The notes beneath the pieces were generated by a model. It saw nothing but the letters and a program-made list of their open reading frames with translations. It had not been told where the DNA came from and did not search any database. A program made the translations under genes and the position numbers. DNA of 64,000 nucleotides from a virus, in the IMG/VR virus record IMGVR_UViG_3300033233_000006, positions 1-64,000 of that record; one strand, written 5' to 3'. Shown here piece by piece: positions 36,861 through 47,445 of this stretch (position 1 is the stretch's first letter; the number at the start of each line of letters is the position of its first letter).

Positions 36861-39586
36861 ATGCCCAAGGGCAAGGATCGCCGCGGTTGGCGTCGCAGAG
36901 AGCACGGAAGCCTCGCCGAATACGCGCCGGAGATAGCCGCGGAATGGCATCCGACAAAGAATGGCGTCCGAACGCCAGACACCATCGCCCCCGGCGCCCG
37001 ACTCGTCGTGTGGTGGCGATGCAAGCTCGGGCACGAATGGGAAACGCCGGTCAGCTGGCGTGGTTCCAACGGGCACGGCTGTCCGTTTTGCAGCGGACGA
37101 CGATTTCTCCCCGAAAATTCGCTCGCCGTTACCCACCCGAACCTTGCGTTGGAGTGGCACCCGACGAAGAACGGCTCGAAGACGCCGTTCGATGTTTCGG
37201 CTCGGAGTTCTCGCCGCGTCCACTGGAGGTGCGACGCCGGACACGAATGGACCACGACGCCGTTCGTTCGTACGTCCAGGCACGACGCCGAAAATTTCTC
37301 TCCATGTTCTCGATGTTCCGGTCGGCGGCACGAAGGCACGCTCGCCGATGAGTTTCCGGCACTGGCGAGTGAATGGCACCCCACCAAGAACGCCCATCCT
37401 GCGTCGGCGATCACGCCCGGTTCTGCGCGGCTAGCCGTGTGGGTTTGTGGGGCGTGCGGAAACGAGTGGAGCGCCGAAGTTTATAGCCGGGCGATCCGCG
37501 GTGATAGTTGCCCACGCTGCTCGGCGGCGCGCAGGAGACACCCACGGATCGTTCCAGGCGTGAACGACCTCGCCACCGTTCGACCTGATCTCGCCGTCCA
37601 ATGGCATCCGACCAAGAACGGCGCCTTGTCTCCGTCCGACGTTACCGCCCATTCTGGTAAGGCCCGATGGTGGCGGCGCATCGCCGATCCTACACACGAA
37701 TGGCGGGCCTCGTGTGCCAACAGGGTCGACCGCGGCTCAGGTTGTACCGTATGCCGCAACGATCGCCGCGGCTGGTCGATCGCCAAGCTCAAACGCTTCG
37801 TTGAATCTCTCCGTCCCCACCTTCGTTCTATGACCTCAGCCGAGCTGTTTGTCATCTTCGAGCAAAGCGGCATCTCGAAATCTAAGCACGGGGCGCTCGT
37901 CGCGAAACTCTTGGCGTCAGGCTCAAGCTCGCTCGCCGACGTGTTGGAGCTGCTCGGCGTCGAAAGAGAGAAGCGCGGGCGTAAGGGGACCGGAACAGCC
38001 CCGGGTTTTACCGACGAAGATGCCTCGCCGGAGGCCGCGCTTGCCGCCATCGACCTCGCCGGAGCCAGCGTCGGCGACGACACCGAGGCGGTCGAGTTCC
38101 TTGTCCAGTCGGCGATCACGAAGCTCTGGCGCGCGGTCTTCAAGGGCGGCGCCGAAGCGGCGAAGGCTATCGCGGCGTTCAAGGTGGGCGACTATTCGCG
38201 TCGGGTGAAGCGTCGCTTCATGAGCGAGTACGGACGGGCGATGCGGCTCAAGACCCCCAAGGGTTACGCCGTTACGCCTTCTCGGTCGCCGGTCTTCCCG
38301 CCGCGCCCAATCTCATGCAGAAGCTCCTGGCCGTGCGGCTGCTCAAGTCGAAGCGGGTCGGCAACTGGTCGGGGGCCGGAGCCGGCAAGACGCTCTCGGC
38401 TGTGCTCGCGAGCCGCGTCTGCGGAGCCAAGCTCACCGTCATCTGCTGCCCGAACAACGTGATTCCGACGTGGGTGAAGGAGATCGTGGTGGCCTTCCCC
38501 GACAGCCGAGTCGAGACGAAGACCTTTCACCCGACGTGGTCGCGGTCGAAGGGGCCACGCTACCTCGTCCTCAACTACGAGATGTTCCAGCAGCCCGGCT
38601 CCGAAGACGCGGTCCGATCGTTTGCGGCGCACCACCGCACGGACCTCATCGTCATCGACGAGATCCACTACGCGAAGCACCGCAACGAGGATGTTGACGC
38701 GTCGAAGCGAAGGACGCTCATCGGCGAGCTGGAGCGACTCTCCTCGGCCAAGAATCCGGGGCTTCGCGTTCTCGGCATGTCGTCGACCCCCGTCATCAAC
38801 GAACTCTACGAGGGAAAGAGCCTCGTCGAGTTGGTGAGCGGCTCGCCGCTCGACGTGGAGACGACGGCCACCGTCGCGAACTGCATGAAGCTCCACCGCG
38901 CACTCATGAACCTCGGCGTGCGGTGGGTGCCAAACTACTCCGTCTCGATCGCAACGCAGAAGCCGTCGGTCGATTGCAGCGCCGTCGTCGATGAGATCAG
39001 CGAGAGTCGCACGGTTCTCGACCTCGAACTGGCGCTCACGAAGGCCCGCCTCCCGGAGATCCTCAAGAACATCCAGCCGAAGACGTTCATCTACACGCAC
39101 CTCATCAGCGGAATCGACCGGGTGCTCCAGACCGCGCTCGAAGCGGCGGGGTGGAAGGTCGGCTTCTTCACCGGCGACGACAAGGAAGGACTCGACGGGT
39201 TCCTCCACGGCGACATCGACGTGCTCATTGGAACGAGCGCGATCGGCACCGGCGTGGACGGGCTCCAGAGCGTTTGCCAGCCCCTCATCTTCAACGTGCT
39301 TCCGTGGACCTCCGCTGAGTTCGACCAGATCAAGGGACGAGTCTACCGCCAGGGGCAGAAGGGCGGCGTGACGGTCATCATCCCGGTCACGCACATGACC
39401 GTCGACGGCGAACGGTGGTCGTGGTGCGACGGCAAGATCGAGCGCATCGAGTTCAAGCGGTCCATCGCCGACGCGGCAGTCGACGGCGTCGTTCCGAAGG
39501 ACAAACTCCGGTCGCCGACGCAGGCTTACCGGGACACGATGGAATGGCTCAAGCGACTTGGAAAGACCACAGCCGCATCGAAGTGA
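36861..39586 (+). pseudogene. Zn-ribbon repeat (DUF4379-like) + SF2 helicase gene split by an 8-bp duplication
   Basis: Four EWHPTKN/QWHPTKN..W.C..HEW-type repeats; GAGKT, DEIH, GRVYRQGQ; GTTACGCC duplicated at 38263-38278. Confidence 0.8.
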
Positions 39587-39665
39587 GCGACGGCAGCGCG
39601 GCCCCGGGCTCTACGCTCGGGGCCGTGTCGTTTCTTCGTGGTAGAAGGTCCGGGGAGGTTCTCGC

Positions 39666-39965
39666 ATGGGCTCGTCGCGCAAGCCGAGGCCGCATCGTAC
39701 CGAAGGTGAGGTCCGGCTCGGCCCGACGCTCGTCGCGCTAGAGTCGAAGGACAACGAGTGGTGTCACCTATGTGGACAGCGCTCGACCGGGATCTTCGTC
39801 GAGGTTTGGCTCCCCAAGAACGCTGAACACGACCGCCGGAACTCAGCCGGAGCCCTCGATCGTAGCTACCTGCGGATGTGCGCGGACTGCGCGACGGCGA
39901 TCGGCGGAGCCGGCGTCTCGGTCGTCGACAGGTTGGCCGCCCTGGACGACAGGCCGCCCAGGTAG
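39666..39965 (+). CDS. Zn-finger protein with C-terminal tag
   Basis: CHLC...CADC; SVVDRLAALDD. Confidence 0.7.
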   Translation: MGSSRKPRPHRTEGEVRLGPTLVALESKDNEWCHLCGQRSTGIFVEVWLPKNAEHDRRNSAGALDRSYLRMCADCATAIGGAGVSVVDRLAALDDRPPR

Positions 39966-39985
39966 ACTCTCCCAGGAGGTGCCCG

Positions 39986-40330
39986 ATGGCGCGCGTGTTC
40001 GACGAGTTGGCGAGGAACCCGGACGGCGAGGTCATGCTCAAGACCTACCGGATTCCGTTCCGGCCCGAGTACGTCCTGATCGGGAAGCCGGGGCAGGGCC
40101 CGATGGAGATGGTCTCCATCGCCCAGCCCACGGGCCGCGACATCTGCGCCTTCCGCTTCCACCTCTCCCCGGAGGCGATCGCGCTGGTCATGGCGCAGGA
40201 CCCGAACGTCACGTCCAGCGGCGGCTACTGCTCGCTTTCGATCCACTTCGACGCGGCTGAGTCTGGCTCGGCGATGATCGAGGTGAAGCGCGGTGTGTTG
40301 AAGCGTGAGCTGGAATCGGCATCAGCGTGA
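39986..40330 (+). CDS. Hypothetical protein
   Basis: AGGAGG RBS. Confidence 0.7.
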   Translation: MARVFDELARNPDGEVMLKTYRIPFRPEYVLIGKPGQGPMEMVSIAQPTGRDICAFRFHLSPEAIALVMAQDPNVTSSGGYCSLSIHFDAAESGSAMIEVKRGVLKRELESASA

Positions 40331-40542
40331 TCAAGAGCAAGCTCGTCATCGTCAACAGCGCGGGTGTCTATACAACCGAGGCGACGCTGGATGACAACGG
40401 TGATCTGACAGTCGATCGGGACGCCTTGGAGATGATGTACCGAGAGACACGAAGTCGGTCTCTTGGGACGGCCCGAACCTGATCGCCGAAGGGAAGAAGC
40501 GCCGCGCTGCGAGAGACGGGTAGAAGGCCGGCATGATCGGGC

Positions 40543-41109
40543 TCACTTCCAGACGAACTTGGTCCCACACGCTTCGCACCTCGGCGTCTTTGCCGGATCG
40601 AGCGCCTTGGGCGGCAGGAGTCGGTGACGACCAGCCGCGGCGCAGCCGGGACAGGCTGGCGGGAGACTCGCGAGCGCGCCTTCGAGTTCCTCCACCCGAG
40701 CGACAAGCTGCTTGCGGGTAAGTTTCTTCTCCGGCCTCTCCGTCGGACACAAGCCCTCGGTGACATCGTAGAGCGGCTCTACCTCCTCGGAGATCGTGCA
40801 GACTCGCTTACGGTCGAGCTTGGTGGCGAGGCCGTGGCGCTTCAACTCGTAGTAGGCGCGGACGGACGTGCTCTTTCTCGACGCGTCCTGCGTCTTCGAC
40901 GACTTGGGCGTCTTGCCCAACGCGCGCGAGCCATCTCGGTCTATCTCTCGCAGCGTGAGCGGTCCTTTCTCGTAGAGAACATCGTAGACAGCCTTCATGG
41001 ACTTGGCGGCCCACCCCGACGCCTTGACGGATTCCCACGCTCTGCGGGAGGCTTCGGTCCTCCACGGGTGCGGGTGAAGCATCGACTCGTCGATCACGAC
41101 CTCGGGCAT
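40543..41109 (-). CDS. HTH-like protein with C-terminal Zn ribbon
   Basis: YDVLYEKGPLTLREI; CPGC...CEACG. Confidence 0.6.
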   Translation of the reverse strand: MPEVVIDESMLHPHPWRTEASRRAWESVKASGWAAKSMKAVYDVLYEKGPLTLREIDRDGSRALGKTPKSSKTQDASRKSTSVRAYYELKRHGLATKLDRKRVCTISEEVEPLYDVTEGLCPTERPEKKLTRKQLVARVEELEGALASLPPACPGCAAAGRHRLLPPKALDPAKTPRCEACGTKFVWK

Positions 41110-41252
41110 CGCTACCTCAGCACTCGTTCTACCCGCCGGAGCAGAACGCGGTCGGGTGTCGCACGGCCCAGCTTAGCACTCGGGGTCGCGTCGTTTCTTC
41201 ACTGGATCGTCGCCGGATAAGCAGGGTAGAAGCGGGGTGTGGAGGTACGCGT

Positions 41253-43241
41253 GTGACCGCGAAAACAGTAGCACCGCTCAAGGGAACGCCAGACATCTCG
41301 ACCGCTCGGCTGATCCACAGTTACAGGGCCGGACTCAGCCTCGGGCAGTGGATTCGAGAACTCACCGTCAACGCGATCGAGTCGATCGGACGCGCCGGTG
41401 GGACCGGCGTCGTCAGGTGGGATGTGACGCAGCGCAAGGGCTCGATCGCGCCGAACGACCCGCTCTCTGGCAAGCCGCTCATCGCCCCCAAGCTGTTCCT
41501 CGTCGATACCGGCGACGGCATGACGCGCGACCAGCTCGTTTCGTTCCTGACGCGCATCGGGTGGTCGACTGGGAATACCGAGCCTGGTGGTCCGAACTTC
41601 GGGGTCGGAGCGCGCATCTCGCTGCTCCACCTGTGTCCCTACGGCGCACTCTACAGGACACTCCGGGCCGGCGAAAAGGAGGGCCACGAGGCGCTCGGAC
41701 GCCTCACACTAAGCAACGAACTCGAACTGTTGGCCGGCGCCGACGGGCAGCACGTTCGGACGATTCCGCTCTCGGAGTTCCCCGATGAGATCCGCGACGC
41801 AGGACACGGCACCGTCGTCTACCTGCTCGGCGAGTCGGCGGAGCACGACACGACAAGGGTGTGGGGCGACATCAACAACGACGACTACCCCAACAAGATC
41901 AACGGATCGCGCTTCGTCTTGCAGTACCTCAACACGCGCTTCATCAGCTTCCCCCCGACGATCAAGGTTCAAGCCCCGAAGTGCAAGAAAGACGGATCGT
42001 TCGACACGATGGCGACCGCGCAAGGAGCCGACTACTACACGCGCGCCGCCTCTGCGTGGAACGGCATCGTCAAGGTGCGCGGCGCAGAGATCCACTGCTT
42101 CATCCCCAGAAAGCATCCGTCCAAGCACATCACCCCGGGCGACTACGACGACCTGCCGCGCATCGACTTCGTGCTCGACAACGAGGTCTACACGACGCAC
42201 CGCAAGGTCGCCGAGCGCCGCCCCCGCTTCGAGGACTTGAGGCTGTCCATCTCGGCCAGCTATCTCATCCTGCGCGTCCACCTCGACCGCAAGGATGGCT
42301 ACCAAGTTCCGCCCTCACGCGCGTTTGTCTACCGCGGCGACGCCAGGGGTTCCAACCGTGGTTTCCCGTGGGATGCGTGGGTCGCGGACTTCAAGGCCAA
42401 CATGCCGAAGGAGCTGCGAGACTTCGAGGCGCAGCTCGCCGAGGACCAGCTCAAGCACACGTCGTCGAAGAAGGCGATGCAGCGCGAGTTCGTAGAGGTC
42501 TATGGCGACGTGCTGCTCCCCACGGTTCAGCCGAGCACCAAGCCGTCATCCAAGGGCATCCCCGGCTCGGTCCCGGTTACGGGTGGCCCCGGACACGGTG
42601 GCGGGAATGGCGGCGGGAACGGAATCGGAAACGGGACGCTGTCCGGCGGCAAGTACAGTCCCGGTTCTCCCATGAAGAAGCCAGCCACGGTCAAGCCCCA
42701 GAAGACAACCGACTTCGATCTTCCCAAGGTGGTCTGGGAGGAAAAGGGCGCGTTCGAGCGGCGATTCGGAGACATCAATCTGCCCGCCGACTACGATCCC
42801 AACAACCACGTCCTCACGATGAACCTCGGTTCGCTCTTCTACAGGGAGTTCTCGGCCAAGTGGCGCTCGCGCATCAACAGCGAAGACCCGGCGCACGTCC
42901 GAAGGGTCAGGAGCTTCGTGCGCAAGGAGTACGCGCTGGCCTTCGTCGAAGGGGTGATGTCGGCGATTGCCCTCAAGGCCGACAAGACGTTCCGCAAGAA
43001 GGACAAGTGGAAGATCCTGTTCTCCCAGGATGCGATGTTCGCGTACGCGAACGTTCGTCTCCGTCGCGAGAAGCGGGTCAGGGCGTTCATGGCGAAGAAG
43101 CACTTGTTGAAGGCCCAGTCGGCGTGGCCGACCGCCGAGAACTTCCTCAACACGCGAAAGCTCCTCAAGGCCCCCAAGGCAACGGCGCCGGCTATCCCGG
43201 CCTTCACCACGCCGCCCCCCACTGCGCCGACCACGCCGTAG
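41253..43241 (+). CDS. GHKL (HSP90/MORC-like) ATPase protein
   Basis: RELTVNAIE, DTGDGMT, NFGVGAR motifs. Confidence 0.8.
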   Translation: MTAKTVAPLKGTPDISTARLIHSYRAGLSLGQWIRELTVNAIESIGRAGGTGVVRWDVTQRKGSIAPNDPLSGKPLIAPKLFLVDTGDGMTRDQLVSFLTRIGWSTGNTEPGGPNFGVGARISLLHLCPYGALYRTLRAGEKEGHEALGRLTLSNELELLAGADGQHVRTIPLSEFPDEIRDAGHGTVVYLLGESAEHDTTRVWGDINNDDYPNKINGSRFVLQYLNTRFISFPPTIKVQAPKCKKDGSFDTMATAQGADYYTRAASAWNGIVKVRGAEIHCFIPRKHPSKHITPGDYDDLPRIDFVLDNEVYTTHRKVAERRPRFEDLRLSISASYLILRVHLDRKDGYQVPPSRAFVYRGDARGSNRGFPWDAWVADFKANMPKELRDFEAQLAEDQLKHTSSKKAMQREFVEVYGDVLLPTVQPSTKPSSKGIPGSVPVTGGPGHGGGNGGGNGIGNGTLSGGKYSPGSPMKKPATVKPQKTTDFDLPKVVWEEKGAFERRFGDINLPADYDPNNHVLTMNLGSLFYREFSAKWRSRINSEDPAHVRRVRSFVRKEYALAFVEGVMSAIALKADKTFRKKDKWKILFSQDAMFAYANVRLRREKRVRAFMAKKHLLKAQSAWPTAENFLNTRKLLKAPKATAPAIPAFTTPPPTAPTTP

Positions 43242-43329
43242 CTGACAGGCAACGACACCTGACACAACGACCACGGACTCGGAGCCCGTGGTCGTGTCGT
43301 TTCTTTCGGGTAGAACGGTTGGCGTGGGC

Positions 43330-43986
43330 ATGAAGATCGTCGTGGTCGGCCTCCACATTGACGAGGATGGCAAGCTCCTCATCCAAGAGCGCCTGCCGAC
43401 CCAGAAGCGCGGCGGCCTCTGGGAGTTCCCGGGCGGCAAGGTCGAAGGCGGCGAGACGATGCGCGAGGCGCTTCGTCACGAGTGGATGGAGGAGCTTGGC
43501 CTTGAGATCGAGGTCGGGCCGCTCATCACCGAGACGGTGATCGAGTTCCCCGAGGGCCTCGCGCTCCTGCCGCTGTTCCGCGTCTTCTACGACCCAAACC
43601 GTAACCCTTACCCCAAGGAGGGCCAGAAGATCGACCGGGCTACTCTCGACGAGGCGATGGCACTGCCCGGCGTCCCGAGCATGGTGCGTTACCAGCCGGT
43701 CCTCCGCGACTACCTCGGCGAGCACCTCACTGGCCGCGGGTGGCCCAAGGGCAACGATCAGTGCGGCGACCCCTACCCGAAGACGGACAAGGGCAACGCG
43801 CTCGCGCGCCTCATGAGCGTGCCGGCGTCGATCGGTCTCCTGCCGCGCGGGTTCAAGGTCCACCACGACGGCGAGGCGGGGCCGTGCGTGCGGTGTGGCC
43901 GAAGCGCGAACACGACCAACGCGAAGGACGAGTGGGAGCACCACGAGATCCGGTGCCCGTTCCCCAAGGAGAGCGAGAGGCGATGA
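43330..43986 (+). CDS. MutT-like NUDIX hydrolase with C-terminal extension
   Basis: WEFPGGKVEGGETMREALRHEWMEELG. Confidence 0.9.
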   Translation: MKIVVVGLHIDEDGKLLIQERLPTQKRGGLWEFPGGKVEGGETMREALRHEWMEELGLEIEVGPLITETVIEFPEGLALLPLFRVFYDPNRNPYPKEGQKIDRATLDEAMALPGVPSMVRYQPVLRDYLGEHLTGRGWPKGNDQCGDPYPKTDKGNALARLMSVPASIGLLPRGFKVHHDGEAGPCVRCGRSANTTNAKDEWEHHEIRCPFPKESERR

Positions 43987-44297
43987 TCCTCACCATCCCC
44001 GAGAAGCACGTCTCGCTGGTGCTCGACGCCGCCAAGTTCCTCGGCGGCCATGCCGGCCACCAAGAGGGAGGCATGAACACCATCCTCGCCGGCCTGCGGA
44101 CGACGATCGCCGCGGCGGTCCCGAACGTCACACGCCGTCGCACGATCGAGGTCGACATCCAGACCCGCGTCGGCCTCATGCTCATCGTCGATCGCATCGC
44201 CGAGACGGCGCCACCGTCGGCGAAGCACTGGGCGGAACGCGCTCGCTCGAAGCTCGTCAGCACCGACCCGGCGACCGCGGCGCGGGTGATCCTGTGA
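43983..44297 (+). CDS. Hypothetical protein
   Basis: ATGA coupling. Confidence 0.65.
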   Translation: MILTIPEKHVSLVLDAAKFLGGHAGHQEGGMNTILAGLRTTIAAAVPNVTRRRTIEVDIQTRVGLMLIVDRIAETAPPSAKHWAERARSKLVSTDPATAARVIL

Positions 44298-44518
44298 GCG
44301 CGACCGACGATGTCTTCATCCCGTGCGATGCGGAACACGGCTGGTGCCAGTGCGGCGAGTGGCACGAGAACCCCGAGAAGGAGAAGCGGCGCCTCGGGTC
44401 GAAGGAGCACGGGCTCACCCTGTGGTCGATAGACAGCGGGCTCTCCTACGACGCGAACCCCCGAGAGAAGCTCCGAGGAGAGGCGATCAAGCGCGGCGCC
44501 CACCGAGTCGACAAGTGA
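44294..44518 (+). CDS. Hypothetical protein
   Basis: GTGA coupling; CQCGEWH. Confidence 0.6.
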   Translation: MSATDDVFIPCDAEHGWCQCGEWHENPEKEKRRLGSKEHGLTLWSIDSGLSYDANPREKLRGEAIKRGAHRVDK

Positions 44519-44733
44519 CCCTCGCCGTTGGCGACATCGTCGTCATCGCCGTCCGCGCGGGCGTCCCTCAGACCTTCTACCGTGGTCCGACAGGGCGGGG
44601 CACGGTCACGAAAGGCGACGACCGCCACGGCTTCGTCTACGTCGACTTCCGCGACGACGGGGCCCCGATCTACATCGATGCGCGCGAGCTGCGCCTCGTG
44701 AGCGCGCCCGAACTGCTGGTCGACCTCGCCTAG
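44515..44733 (+). CDS. KOW/SH3-like protein with C-terminal tag
   Basis: LAVGDIVVI...VSAPELLVDLA. Confidence 0.75.
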   Translation: MTLAVGDIVVIAVRAGVPQTFYRGPTGRGTVTKGDDRHGFVYVDFRDDGAPIYIDARELRLVSAPELLVDLA

Positions 44734-45215
44734 TCGATGTCGCGCAGCACGTCGTCGACCTGGCGGATTCGCTCGATCGCCTGCCCCGGCGTCTCATTGT
44801 CAGCACCGATGACGGTCCAGAGCGCCCGGTAGCCGCGGTCCTCGCGCATCGGATCGAGCTGGCGCAGCCGCCCGACGAGCCCTTGAGCCGCTTCCGTGAA
44901 GAGATCGGCGTACTTGGAGAGAAGCAGGTCGGCAATGCCGCTCGCCCGACCGATCGCGCCCACGGCGCTCGCCATCTCCTGCAAGCGGCCCAACTCGCGA
45001 GCGTCGGCGATCACGGCGCGGAGCGCCTCGCGGACCTCGATCCGGTCGGCGAGGATCTGTCCGCCGTCGACGCCGTCGGACATCCGCTTCGAGTCCGGGT
45101 CGAGCCCCGCCAGCCGCTCGACCACGGAGACGTAGGCCGAGATCCGCGGGGCGAGGCTCTCGGCGAGTGCCCCGAGCGAGAGCATGTCCATGTCGGAAGC
45201 GTTGAAGTGGGTCAT
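44730..45215 (-). CDS. Hypothetical helical protein
   Basis: AAGGAG RBS. Confidence 0.7.
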   Translation of the reverse strand: MTHFNASDMDMLSLGALAESLAPRISAYVSVVERLAGLDPDSKRMSDGVDGGQILADRIEVREALRAVIADARELGRLQEMASAVGAIGRASGIADLLLSKYADLFTEAAQGLVGRLRQLDPMREDRGYRALWTVIGADNETPGQAIERIRQVDDVLRDID

Positions 45216-45405
45216 GTGGTCGGGCTCCTTCTGCCCTTCTTCGGAACGCGCGGCGGTCGGACATCTCACTGTCGAACGCGCTTCCGCGTCCGATCACCGG
45301 ACGCGTCGGACGCTTAGGTCCAGTTCCGACTGAGGCTTGCAGGAATTCTGGAAAGTTCCGACAGGAGCCCCTGCCCCTCGCAGTCGGGGGGCTGTCCGAC
45401 ACGAA

Positions 45406-45477
45406 CGGGCTGTAGCGAAGGAGCAACGCGCTGCACTGGGGGTGCAGAGATCGTGGGTGCAATCCCCACCAGCCCGA
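45406..45477 (+). tRNA. tRNA-Pro(GGG)
   Basis: CTGCA-CT GGG GG-TGCAG cloverleaf. Confidence 0.85.
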
Positions 45478-45496
45478 TCAAACGACGCGAACGCAT

Positions 45497-45570
45497 GGTG
45501 GCTGTAGCTCAGCAAGTAGAGCAACCGGCTGTGAACCGGAAGGTCGCGAGTGCAAGCCTCGCCAGTCACC
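45497..45570 (+). tRNA. tRNA-His(GTG)
   Basis: CCGG-CT GTG AA-CCGG; G-1. Confidence 0.9.
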
Positions 45571-45612
45571 TCTGGGCTTGACCGTGGTTACACACGGAGC
45601 TATACCCCGGTC

Positions 45613-46020
45613 ATGCCCTACAAAGACCCCGACAAGCAGCGTGCGTTTCAACGGGAGCGTTGCCGTCGTCTAAGGAAAGAGTGGCTCGACGCTCACGGCC
45701 CCTGTGCGAAGTGCGGGAGCCGGAAAGATCCTCAAGTCGATCACATAGACCCGGAGACCAAGGTAGCCCACAACGTCTGGTCGTGGACGCCGAAGCGGCG
45801 AGACGCTGAGCTGGCGAAGTGCCAAGTCCTGTGCATCGACTGTCACAAGGAGAAGACGAAAGCAGAACGGTGGAGACCAATCACGCACGGTCACGAATCA
45901 GCCTACACCCGACGCGGGTGTAGGTGTCCGGCTTGCACCGAAGCGCACCGGCTCGCGAGGGCCAAGTACCGAAAGAAACAGCGCAGGTCAGTCACTCCAA
46001 TGCCCGAGAAGTTCAGGTAG
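45613..46020 (+). CDS. HNH endonuclease
   Basis: CAKCG...VDHIDP...CQVLCIDCH. Confidence 0.85.
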   Translation: MPYKDPDKQRAFQRERCRRLRKEWLDAHGPCAKCGSRKDPQVDHIDPETKVAHNVWSWTPKRRDAELAKCQVLCIDCHKEKTKAERWRPITHGHESAYTRRGCRCPACTEAHRLARAKYRKKQRRSVTPMPEKFR

Positions 46021-46074
46021 CGGAACATGTGCTTGGTAAGCACGAGGTGGTCGGTGCAACTCCGACCTCGGGCT
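46002..46074 (+). tRNA. tRNA-Thr(GGT)
   Basis: GTGC-TT GGT AA-GCAC. Confidence 0.85.
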
Positions 46075-46237
46075 TCACGAGAGGGGTAACGAATGCTTGG
46101 TCCCGCGATGCCGAGTGGTCCCGATCCGAAGTCGACGTGCGACGCCTTCACGATGCTGATCGGAAGGGCCTACGAGGTGCGGGAACGCGAACGAGAGAAG
46201 GGAACCAAGCGGAGGTTGCTTCATCGACGCTGATCGT

Positions 46238-46310
46238 GGCGCGCAGGCCAAAGAAGTGAGGCACGCCCCTCATAAGGGCGAGAAACGGGGTGCAACTCCC
46301 TGGCGCGCTA
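46238..46310 (+). tRNA. tRNA-Met/Ile2(CAT)
   Basis: CGCCC-CT CAT AA-GGGCG. Confidence 0.8.
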
Positions 46311-46327
46311 TCGACGAAGACAAGAAT

Positions 46328-46415
46328 GGATCGCACACGTCCGGGGTAGTCCCGGCGCCCGCCTCGAAAGCGGTGGAGCCCGAAAGGGTTCGGGGTGCAA
46401 CTCCTCGGCGATCCG
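46328..46415 (+). tRNA. tRNA-Ser(CGA)
   Basis: CT CGA AA loop; long variable arm. Confidence 0.8.
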
Positions 46416-46455
46416 TGAGACGTTCAACTGGCCGTCTTTGACAATTGGGTCCGTC

Positions 46456-46526
46456 CGGGCATTGGCCTAAGCCAAGGCATCGACCAAAGAGGGTCGAGGA
46501 TTCAGGTGCGAGTCCTGAGTGCCCGA
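46456..46526 (+). tRNA. tRNA-like gene with aberrant 8-nt anticodon loop
   Basis: Intact acceptor, D and T arms; TCGAC-CAAAGAGG-GTCGA. Confidence 0.65.
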
Positions 46527-46557
46527 TTGCTGCGCGGAGCAGCTGCGCCTAGACTTG

Positions 46558-47034
46558 ATGGCGATGAGTCAAACGAAGGTGTGCCCGCGCTGTCCGACGC
46601 CGACACCCAAGCCGATAGAGGAGTTCAGTCTCCGAGCCCAAAGCGCCGACGGTCGCGACCTCTACTGCCGCAAGTGCAAGCGGGCCATCAACCGCCGCTC
46701 CTACGAAGGGAACAAGAAGGCTCACATCGCCGCGAACAGGGCGGCGATGGATCGGCGCCGAGTCGAGGTGCAAGAGTTCGTGTGGAACTTCCTCCTCTCT
46801 CACCCGTGCGCGGACTGCGGCGAGGGTGATCCGATCGTCCTCGACTTCGACCACCTCTACGGCAAGCGGAAACACACTCGCGGCGTGTCTGAGATGACGC
46901 GCGGCTGTCACACCGTCGAGACGGTTGCCGCCGAGATCGAGAAGTGCGCCGTGCGATGCGCCAACTGCCACCGCCGGAAGACCGCCAGGGAAAGAGGCTA
47001 CTGGCGCTCGGAGAGAACCAACACAGCGTCGTAG
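46558..47034 (+). CDS. HNH endonuclease
   Basis: CADCGE.DPIVLDFDH...CAVRCANCHRRKT. Confidence 0.85.
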   Translation: MAMSQTKVCPRCPTPTPKPIEEFSLRAQSADGRDLYCRKCKRAINRRSYEGNKKAHIAANRAAMDRRRVEVQEFVWNFLLSHPCADCGEGDPIVLDFDHLYGKRKHTRGVSEMTRGCHTVETVAAEIEKCAVRCANCHRRKTARERGYWRSERTNTAS

Positions 47035-47043
47035 TCCGTCTTT

Positions 47044-47115
47044 CGGGGTGTAGCGCAGGAGTAGCGCGCTGCTTTCGGGAAGCAGAGGTCGTGGGTGCGA
47101 ATCCCACCACTCCGA
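47044..47115 (+). tRNA. tRNA-Pro(CGG)
   Basis: CTGCT-TT CGG GA-AGCAG. Confidence 0.9.
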
Positions 47116-47129
47116 TTCAGCAGCATCAT

Positions 47130-47202
47130 GGGCTCGTAGCTCTAATAGGAGAGCGTTCCCCTCGCACGGGAAAGGTTACGGGTGCAACTCCCGTCGGGTC
47201 CA
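47130..47202 (+). tRNA. tRNA-Ala(CGC)
   Basis: CT CGC AC loop; G3:U70. Confidence 0.9.
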
Positions 47203-47207
47203 CTCAA

Positions 47208-47280
47208 GGGGTCGTAGCTCTAACGGGAGAGCGTCTCGATGGCATCGAGAAGGCTGCGGGTGCAATTCCCGCCGACTCCA
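47208..47280 (+). tRNA. tRNA-Ala(GGC)
   Basis: AT GGC AT loop; G3:U70. Confidence 0.9.
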
Positions 47281-47293
47281 TCAGCAACGATGA

Positions 47294-47379
47294 GGAGAGC
47301 GAACCGGCCAAGGCGCCGGGCTCGTCTTGAAAGCGATGCGCCCGCTTCGGCGGGTGGGGTGCGAGACCTCCGTTCTCCG
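47294..47379 (+). tRNA. tRNA-Ser(TGA)
   Basis: CT TGA AA loop; long variable arm. Confidence 0.85.
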
Positions 47380-47445
47380 TGCAAGCTTCTCGAATCTTGA
47401 CCCCGAGACCTGCCTTCGAGGCCGTCACGCGGTCAAGATGTTCCT

